This document shows positions 14,602-21,339 of a stretch of 24,000 nt of DNA, piece after piece. Positions within the stretch are counted from its first letter, which is position 1. Every line of letters begins with the position of its first letter. The notes beneath the pieces are model-generated. The model searched no databases. It had not been told where the DNA came from and saw nothing but the letters and a program-made list of their open reading frames with translations. This DNA comes from Candidatus Heimdallarchaeota archaeon. GTDB taxonomy: Archaea > Asgardarchaeota > Heimdallarchaeia > JABLTI01. Location: NCBI GenBank assembly GCA_018238155.1, contig JABCTZ010000019.1, forward strand, positions 138,975-162,974, read 5' to 3'. A program made the position numbers and the translations under genes.

Positions 14602-17534
14602 GTACCCTCCATAATTGATGGTTGAAACTCAAAGAATTTCTTCTGATAAAAATGTCTGATGAGGATATCTGCTCCTAATAGACTCAATAATATGATTACC
14701 AAATAAAGTGAAAACTGGGCATAAAAAGGAACGTTCAGAATCCAATTCTCTGCTTTAATTAGAACTCTTAGAAGAAAAACAAGAGACCCAATACCTGCGC
14801 CAATGCTTATTGGGAGAATTAGAAGTAAAATAAGCAAGTACTCAACAAGGAAATTTCTTGAAATAGTCTTAATAGAAAATCCTCGATAACGTAAGACAAG
14901 TATCTTCTCTCGTCGAGCATTGATCATATCTTGTACTAAAACAATACCAATAATGAAAAATGAAATACCTCCAAAAATGCCTGTTACAATTGATAATGCT
15001 ATGATACTAGTAGCAAAAGTTGGCAAGTAATCAGGATAAACATCCATCCAAGTTGTATGATCAATTGAATAAGGTATTGATTGTAATGCTAGTAAAAGTG
15101 CATTCATTTCTGATTGTTTTTTGACTTTAATAATAACAGCCTCGTCTATTAAAATAACTGAAATATCTTCATTATGCTGAAGAACTGTTTGGAAAGCTGA
15201 TTCAGTCATAACTAGAAAAGGAATAGAATTTTTTTCAAAATGAAATGTTGAAAGTTGGTAGTCATTTAATAGTATTGGAAAGATACTATACATATCAAAA
15301 ACTTGGAATTCCTTTTCAACAAGCTGCTCATCATCAGCTGTATTATTGTTAAAACCTAACATTATACTATTGTTTTCTGAATCAGAAACAATCCTCCTAT
15401 TAATAAATAGGTCTTCTGACTGTGTGAGAATGGAATTCGGAGCATCACTGAATCCCTCTAAGTCATCTATAGTAATTCCCAAATTATAATCTCTGGAATA
15501 GGATACTGTTGATCCAAAGGTTGGTGAGATAACCAATACTTGGTAATCAACGTCAAATATCGATAACTGGACAAGAGAATAATTTGCAGCTGAATGGACA
15601 GAAGGAAATAATGAAATATCTGAAAGTAAAGACGCAGTGTTGGACGGATTTTCTAAATGAATAGAAACGTCAGAACCGAGATCAAATTTTGCAGAATAGG
15701 TAGCATGTTGTGATATATAAAGTGGAATTAAAAAAGCTTGAATAAAGATTAGAAATGAAAGAGCAATGAAAAAGGATTGTTTTTTGTGATGTTGAAAAGC
15801 AAGAGAAAGATTGTGCAAGACTATCGAGAATTTTTTTGACGCTTTTTTCCAGAGGGATTGCGATAACTTTACTAACTGTTTAAGCAACGAATTTATTAAA
15901 ATAAAAAGCAAACAGATAATTGTTATTGAAATGGAAATATACAAAAAGATATCAAAAATAAAGACTATCTCAGAATCTAAGACAGTCTGTAAATTTAATA
16001 AATTTTTAATAATCAATAATGCTGTCATAGCTAAAAGTGAAAACAAACTAGTTAATCCGATGACCAGTATTTGAGTTTTGGTTGAACCACTAGTGGTAGC
16101 TGTGAAAGAGCTAAGACGATTTGGGTAGAATTTTTCAACTTTTCTGAGAAGAATTACTAAATTGACAAATGAAAAGACAAACAAGAAAATAAAGAACAAT
16201 AATGAGGGGACAAATGCCATACCAAAAGAGATTAGGTTTAGTGTAAGAGAACTTGCCTTTGTTATACCTGAGATAATTCCAAGGTTCAAATATGTTAATG
16301 GAACAGCTAAAATAAGAGCTAAAAAACAAGAAGAACTAATTTCTATAAAACGAGAAATGGTGAATATCTTGAGGATAGTACTACGAGGAAAACCACGAGT
16401 TATGAAATTAGCATAAATGTCTGATAGCTTGAGAGTATTAGATGAAAAACTAAGCCAAAGAATAAACAAAGAAAATACTAATGATGCAAACCCAATGGCA
16501 AAAAGTCGAAACCATTGTTGTTGAATATCCCTTTTAAAGTGAATCATGAAGTCTGCTAATTCAAGAGTGACACTGGCGGAAAGATCATGATAATATGAAA
16601 AACCAGATAAATCAGGTAAATTCTCAGCTGAATTATAAACTTCTTTCAAATCAGCAATTTTTAATGAAGAAAAATCATAGAGGAATTGTATATGGATTTC
16701 TATTTCCGATGATAATAGTTTTGGGAAGGCATGAAAGAAATCAGTTAAGTAATTAATAGAAAGTAATAGCAAAGGTTGATCAGATATAAAGCTTGTATAA
16801 TAATCTAGAATTTTAAAAAGAAAGGGATTTTCCTCTTCAATGATACTTTCAAGCAGGAAATCGTTTGTATTGAAAATATTGGAAATACTAACATTAAATG
16901 GATCAATAACGAATGTGTTATTTACAATTAATTCAGATTCTTCTTGAACAAAAGGTAAAATTGAAATGGTATCACCAATTGAATAGGTGTATTCAAGAGT
17001 AGTCTGTTCTGGCAAATCATTTTTTTGTACTAATATACATTCATCAAAAGAAATAGGAATTTCATTGATTATCTCAAAATATTTAGAGATTTGATTTAAG
17101 GATTCATTCTGTATAAATAAAATATTTGAAGAAGCGATTTCCCCCTCTGAGTAATATTGTAATTGAGCATCACAATTGGATATATAACCATCAATATATT
17201 TGTCTAAATTTGAGTTAAAAATAATGTCATCAATATCTCTATTAATTTCTGCAATAAGGTTTGAGGGAATATTTGATGTATTAGTAAGATAAGAATTAGA
17301 GAAGAAATAACCTATAGAATGTTGTTCATCTCCTTCTAAAGGATGTAAAGATTGGTATTCCAATAAAAAAGAAGACTGTACACTTAAACCAATGAAAAGT
17401 ATTGGGAAAAATAAAAGAAATGGAAGCATAAAACTTAGAATTGAGAATAGTAAGTGTTTTTTATCACTGAATGTAAAAGAAAATGCACAATACAGTAATG
17501 ATTTAATTGAGAAAGTATCTTTTTGAATAACCAT
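14598..17534 (-). CDS. FtsX/MacB-type ABC permease with two FtsX modules, about 10 TM and two large extracytoplasmic domains
   Basis: 978 aa. By hydrophobicity the layout is TM1, ECD1 (~285 aa), TM2-4, TM5-6, TM7, ECD2 (~210 aa), TM8-10. Both modules carry the FtsX-type cytoplasmic motif after the post-ECD helix (ANFITRGFPRSTILKIF and LVLRYRGFSIKTISRNF). Both ECDs carry N-x-S/T sequons. Confidence 0.85.
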   Translation of the reverse strand: MVIQKDTFSIKSLLYCAFSFTFSDKKHLLFSILSFMLPFLLFFPILFIGLSVQSSFLLEYQSLHPLEGDEQHSIGYFFSNSYLTNTSNIPSNLIAEINRDIDDIIFNSNLDKYIDGYISNCDAQLQYYSEGEIASSNILFIQNESLNQISKYFEIINEIPISFDECILVQKNDLPEQTTLEYTYSIGDTISILPFVQEESELIVNNTFVIDPFNVSISNIFNTNDFLLESIIEEENPFLFKILDYYTSFISDQPLLLLSINYLTDFFHAFPKLLSSEIEIHIQFLYDFSSLKIADLKEVYNSAENLPDLSGFSYYHDLSASVTLELADFMIHFKRDIQQQWFRLFAIGFASLVFSLFILWLSFSSNTLKLSDIYANFITRGFPRSTILKIFTISRFIEISSSCFLALILAVPLTYLNLGIISGITKASSLTLNLISFGMAFVPSLLFFIFLFVFSFVNLVILLRKVEKFYPNRLSSFTATTSGSTKTQILVIGLTSLFSLLAMTALLIIKNLLNLQTVLDSEIVFIFDIFLYISISITIICLLFILINSLLKQLVKLSQSLWKKASKKFSIVLHNLSLAFQHHKKQSFFIALSFLIFIQAFLIPLYISQHATYSAKFDLGSDVSIHLENPSNTASLLSDISLFPSVHSAANYSLVQLSIFDVDYQVLVISPTFGSTVSYSRDYNLGITIDDLEGFSDAPNSILTQSEDLFINRRIVSDSENNSIMLGFNNNTADDEQLVEKEFQVFDMYSIFPILLNDYQLSTFHFEKNSIPFLVMTESAFQTVLQHNEDISVILIDEAVIIKVKKQSEMNALLLALQSIPYSIDHTTWMDVYPDYLPTFATSIIALSIVTGIFGGISFFIIGIVLVQDMINARREKILVLRYRGFSIKTISRNFLVEYLLILLLILPISIGAGIGSLVFLLRVLIKAENWILNVPFYAQFSLYLVIILLSLLGADILIRHFYQKKFFEFQPSIMEGT

Positions 17535-17536
17535 TT

Positions 17537-19090
17537 TTAATTCTCTTCTCTGCTTTTTTGTTTTTTCTTATAGCGGTGAAAGTAATAGTAACCAACTCCT
17601 CCAAAAATAATAGGAATAATGATTGAACTGGTTATTATTAGCCAATAATAGGGTGATTTGATTGCTCTAATAAAATAAGGTTTACTTATGTCATTAGCAT
17701 ATATACCATATATACCAAGTGAGGAGATTATGTTATTATCTCCTCCAAAAGAATGATATTGAGAATGATCATTGTATGCATACCCTAGTAAATATGAATC
17801 AAGATAGGAGTTAGATGTACAGTTATAGATAAAACGCGAATGGAAAGGATTTAAATTACTTTCCAGATTAAGATTTATGTAATTCCAATCTCCATTAATC
17901 GTCAATGAGTAATTGATTAAAGCTATTTGTCTGAACTCTGAATGTGCAGTAGATTTTCTATAAATTATTGAAAGTTGCGAATTGTGAATATATGCATCAA
18001 AAATCTCAAGTCCTTTATATGTATAAAATCTAACATTGGGGTCTATTCTTGTATTCAATGTTACATATGCGCTTTCGGATACACTTGTTAAGTTAAAGGT
18101 TGAAGAGGTACTGTTGTATTCAAATAGAGCAAATTCTGTTGGAGAACTTGTTGAAGCAGATAAGGTACAGAGTAAGTAGATGTTGTCTGTTAACTGATTA
18201 TACAACAATCTTCCAACTCTTATGCTACCTTTTATATTATAACCTGGATTGGAGAATGAGCAATTAGAATAATTAGTTAGAGAATGAGTAAGGAAATCGT
18301 ATTCATATAAACGATAGTTATCTTTTCCTGTATCAAAATAGAGAAAATAGGCACTGTTATTATTTGGATTATAACAAGAGGAAATATCCTCTAACATACC
18401 ATATTCAATATATTTATTAGTTGTTTTTTTAGTTTGATTGAGATCAAATACTATGATATCTGTCTTATTCCCTAAAATATTATAGCTAGTTAGTAAGTAA
18501 ATTGCTTGATTATTATCTAAAATATTTACTCCTAAAATACTGGGTGTTGACCGATAGTCAATGAGATAGTTAGTTCCATCAATAAGAAAAATCTTTTGAC
18601 TTTCATTTGAAGTTGAATTATAGTAATAACACCAAAACTCTCGATTATATTCTTGCGTAGTCTCATTTTTCACAGAGAGAGCATAAGCAAAATAAAATGA
18701 TTTCTCCATAGTTGAGGTAAAAAAGTATTGTCTTTCAGGATAAAACCCCTTTTCTTCCAGTAATTCTTTTTCTACTACTTCTCCATCTTCTATAAAAAAA
18801 TGGCTAAGTTTTGTACTATCTTTGTGGTCAGAAATACCAATAAAGTGAAGCTGGTTATCAATTAAATAGCTTCCACATAATCCTAAATCATCACCAGTTA
18901 CTATTAGATTTGAAACACTTAGAAACTCTTTTCCTTGAGCAAAACTTATCATAAATGGAGAAATAAATAAATAAGAAATCAAAAAAATATTGAATAAATG
19001 CTTCTTCCCTAACATATGTAAACATCCTTTTAACCTGTTCTTAACATAATTTTGGTAGCTTTTCTCGTTACAGTTTTTTACTATTTTCAT
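17537..19090 (-). CDS. Type-I membrane-anchored surface protein: signal peptide, beta-rich Tyr/Asn-rich ectodomain, C-terminal TM and basic tail
   Basis: 517-aa ORF. A signal-like segment MLGKKHLFNIFLISYLFISPFMISFAQG begins at Met26 (alternative ATG at 19015). I counted about a dozen N-x-S/T sequons by eye. The C-terminal anchor is WLIITSSIIIPIIFGGVGYYYF followed by HRYKKKQKSREEN. The stop lies 2 nt before the permease ATG (TAA-AA-ATG). Confidence 0.72.
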   Translation of the reverse strand: MKIVKNCNEKSYQNYVKNRLKGCLHMLGKKHLFNIFLISYLFISPFMISFAQGKEFLSVSNLIVTGDDLGLCGSYLIDNQLHFIGISDHKDSTKLSHFFIEDGEVVEKELLEEKGFYPERQYFFTSTMEKSFYFAYALSVKNETTQEYNREFWCYYYNSTSNESQKIFLIDGTNYLIDYRSTPSILGVNILDNNQAIYLLTSYNILGNKTDIIVFDLNQTKKTTNKYIEYGMLEDISSCYNPNNNSAYFLYFDTGKDNYRLYEYDFLTHSLTNYSNCSFSNPGYNIKGSIRVGRLLYNQLTDNIYLLCTLSASTSSPTEFALFEYNSTSSTFNLTSVSESAYVTLNTRIDPNVRFYTYKGLEIFDAYIHNSQLSIIYRKSTAHSEFRQIALINYSLTINGDWNYINLNLESNLNPFHSRFIYNCTSNSYLDSYLLGYAYNDHSQYHSFGGDNNIISSLGIYGIYANDISKPYFIRAIKSPYYWLIITSSIIIPIIFGGVGYYYFHRYKKKQKSREEN

Positions 19091-19135
19091 TTGTTTTTTA
19101 TAAAAAAGAAAAAAAATAATTGGAAAGAGTATTAT

Positions 19136-19792
19136 TTAGTCGTAGTATGGTGCTGGGAAGCTTATGTAATTGATTACATCTTCTACTTGCCAATCATCAC
19201 CATTGGAGTAATAATCATCCATATAATAATACATGGGAGTCCAATTACTTAATACATAACCTGCAGACCACCAAGTAAAATCATCTCGATCACGTCCAAA
19301 AACCTTGGCTCCTTCACGTTCAAAAATCATATTACCTCGGTTTTTAATTTGAAAGACACACATGCGATAATCATCTTGTGAACTATCGCCAAAGTTTGTA
19401 TTTAATGTAGAATCACGTTTTACACCACCATCATATGAATCGATAATGTAGTTAAAGTCATCATAATCACCATTATCATTAGAATCTGAAACACAAATAA
19501 TTATAAAGTCCATATTATTAAGATAAGGACAAACTACTCCATTTGATCCTCCACGAGATTCATAGATATAAAAGTCATTTCGATTTGTTGTTTCATATAA
19601 AAAGTAATGAATGGCTTTACCACCTGTTGATGGCACATCAACTAAAAGAATTAATGTTTCATCATAGTATACACTAGATCCATTGAAATACAGATAACAA
19701 TTATCGTATATATATGAATTACTTAGATTTGAATTCACAAACATTAATCCTAGAAAACTTATTAGTAATAAATTCAAGTATTTTTGTTTCAA
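19136..19792 (-). CDS. Secreted acidic Asp/Asn/Tyr-rich protein (218 aa), first gene of the operon
   Basis: TTG start at 19792 with GGAGAG 6 nt upstream. The next in-frame Met would delete the signal peptide. The signal-like N-terminus is KQKYLNLLLISFLGLMFVNSNLSNS. Acidic loops SDSNDNGDYDD and DDYYSNGDDW resemble D-x-D/N-x-D/N-G calcium-binding loops. Confidence 0.65.
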   Translation of the reverse strand: MKQKYLNLLLISFLGLMFVNSNLSNSYIYDNCYLYFNGSSVYYDETLILLVDVPSTGGKAIHYFLYETTNRNDFYIYESRGGSNGVVCPYLNNMDFIIICVSDSNDNGDYDDFNYIIDSYDGGVKRDSTLNTNFGDSSQDDYRMCVFQIKNRGNMIFEREGAKVFGRDRDDFTWWSAGYVLSNWTPMYYYMDDYYSNGDDWQVEDVINYISFPAPYYD

Positions 19793-20054
19793 TTTATACT
19801 CTCCAGTAAGTTATTCCTTTTCGAGAAACAACTACTTGAAAAAAAAAAGCAGTTCAAACTGATATTTAAACATTTCTCAGTTTTGAATTATTGTCGATTT
19901 AGTTATTTTACTCTTGTAAATATTCTTATTCAAAATGAAAACAATCAATGTTATTTATTATTGGGTCTATACAATTCTGCAATTCAGAAATGAATTGATT
20001 ATCATAAGTGAACACTAAATTTCTATTACTCGTGTTTTTTCTATCAATTTCATT

Positions 20055-20082
20055 AAAATAAAAAAAAACTCTTCAAATGAAG
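20055..20082 (-). terminator. Hairpin plus T9 tract downstream of the PfkB kinase gene
   Basis: On the minus strand the hairpin CTTCA-TT-TGAAG (20071-20082) is followed by T9 (complement of A9 at 20060-20068) and TTTT. It begins about 33 nt after the stop at 20115-20117. Confidence 0.4.
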
Positions 20083-20084
20083 TC

Positions 20085-20110
20085 GTGGATACACATTCCA
20101 TCTGGTCCAC
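20085..20110 (+). repeat. tRNA-Ala 3'-fragment-like sequence (right copy of the direct repeat; T-arm-like hairpin plus acceptor 3' strand, no 5' half)
   Basis: GTGGA-TACACAT-TCCAT-CTGGTCC-A-C aligns to the tRNA-Ala T-arm and acceptor strand. Relative to the tRNA, the second T-stem pair changes C:G to T:A (compensatory), and the T corresponding to U70 is kept. No complementary 5' acceptor strand or D-arm lies upstream. Confidence 0.55.
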
Positions 20111-20114
20111 ATCT

Positions 20115-21077
20115 CTATTCTAGTTTTTCTTTCTGAAATGATCGAGCACCCATTTCTTTGATAGTGCAACTAGCAGCCTTTGTTCCAAGTTTAGCTGCTT
20201 TTTGAACATCTCCATCTTTTAAAAATTCATGAAGGAATCCTGCAATAAATGCGTCTCCTGCTCCTGTCGTGTCAACAACTGTTGTTGGTATTGCTTCTTG
20301 GAAATGCTCTATGCCATCAGAATTCTTTACAAGTACTCCATCTTCTCCTAAAGTTAAAACAGCATTTTCTGAATACTGAAGCATCTTGTTGATTATATCG
20401 TTATGGTCATCGAGATCTGTAAATGCCTTGCCTTCGAATTGATTGGCAAATAAAACATATGGAGGATATTTTTTCATCATTTTTTGTAGCGTAGGCAATG
20501 TTTGTTCAATTACTGAATGTGATGCAAGATCAAAAGTTGTTTTTTGAGCATTCTCTAAAATTTTCCATAATACCTCTTGTGAATTGATAATTAGGTATCC
20601 TTCAATATGGTTTATTCCTGCATTGGTGATAATCTTTTCAGCAACTGAATCAGGATGTAAAATTTCGGAAGCTCCCCAGTGCACAATAAAGGTCCGATCT
20701 TTATCTGGTGTGATAAGTGAAAAGAGCTGTCCTGTTGCTTTTTCTTTATCTAAAACACTGACAGGTTCTACTCCTTCTTCTTTCAAGATTTGCATAAAAT
20801 GCCAACCATCTTCATCATCTCCATGTTTACCACAAAAGGATACATTTGAACCCAATTTAGCTAAATTGGACATAATATTTGCTGCACTTCCCCCGGGATT
20901 TTTAAAAATCGTTGTTTCAGGCATTCCTTCTAATCGTTTGATAATATCTGTAATGATCTCGAAATTAACTCTCTTGTGTCCACCTTTCTCAATTTCTACA
21001 TCTAGTAAAAATGGATAATCTACTTCAACTGTTAAATCCCATAATACTTGCCCATAACCAAGAATTGTTTCCTTCAT
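20115..21077 (-). CDS. PfkB-family (ribokinase / adenosine-kinase-like) carbohydrate or nucleoside kinase
   Basis: 320 aa. The N-terminal substrate motif is PGGSAANIMSNLAKLG and the C-terminal PfkB signature is DTTGAGDAFIAGFL. Confidence 0.9.
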   Translation of the reverse strand: MKETILGYGQVLWDLTVEVDYPFLLDVEIEKGGHKRVNFEIITDIIKRLEGMPETTIFKNPGGSAANIMSNLAKLGSNVSFCGKHGDDEDGWHFMQILKEEGVEPVSVLDKEKATGQLFSLITPDKDRTFIVHWGASEILHPDSVAEKIITNAGINHIEGYLIINSQEVLWKILENAQKTTFDLASHSVIEQTLPTLQKMMKKYPPYVLFANQFEGKAFTDLDDHNDIINKMLQYSENAVLTLGEDGVLVKNSDGIEHFQEAIPTTVVDTTGAGDAFIAGFLHEFLKDGDVQKAAKLGTKAASCTIKEMGARSFQKEKLE

Positions 21078-21108
21078 ATTTTGATCAGAACCTTTGATTA
21101 GATTTAAC

Positions 21109-21339
21109 CTATTTTTTACTTTGATTAAATAAATGAATTGCTACTTCTTTTGCCCACTCACCAACAGGTATATCTGCATCTTCATTCATTCTATTTAGAT
21201 ATTCTTTCCAAGTCAATTTATTATATGCTTTTTGCCAATCGCTAAATCGTTTCTCAAGATTCTTTTTGGCAATAGAATGGGCATCACAGTAATCGCCTTT
21301 TTCAATTGTAGATTGACAAACAACACACTGAGCGACCAT
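21109..21339 (-). CDS. Small (76 aa) putative zinc-binding protein (CxxC...CxxH knuckle plus helical tail)
   Basis: The ATG at 21339 directly abuts the topA stop codon (TAA at 21342..21340), giving TAAATG. The N-terminus is MVAQCVVCQSTIEKGDYCDAHS. No family recognised. Confidence 0.55.
   Translation of the reverse strand: MVAQCVVCQSTIEKGDYCDAHSIAKKNLEKRFSDWQKAYNKLTWKEYLNRMNEDADIPVGEWAKEVAIHLFNQSKK

Larger units (their letters stand above)
12838..20110. mobile_element. Candidate tRNA-Ala-linked genomic island or decayed integrated element (no integrase found)
   Basis: The segment is bounded by the intact tRNA-Ala 3' end and a same-orientation tRNA-Ala 3'-fragment-like sequence at 20085-20110. 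It contains only the four-gene ABC/surface-protein operon plus spacers. By eye it looks more AT-rich than flanking housekeeping genes, but this was not computed. Confidence 0.35.

Noticed and set aside
12953-19252. Short ORFs inside or antisense to the operon genes (12953-13222, 14114-14314, 15811-16074, 16135-16329, 16162-16416, 19052-19252) and 19784-19993 in the spacer
   Set aside because: They are overlapped by long motif-bearing ORFs. The spacer ORF gives a low-complexity AT-rich translation with no start context.
20584-21018. 144-aa + strand ORF
   Set aside because: It is entirely antisense to the well-supported PfkB kinase gene and has a low-complexity Ser/Pro/Ile-rich translation.
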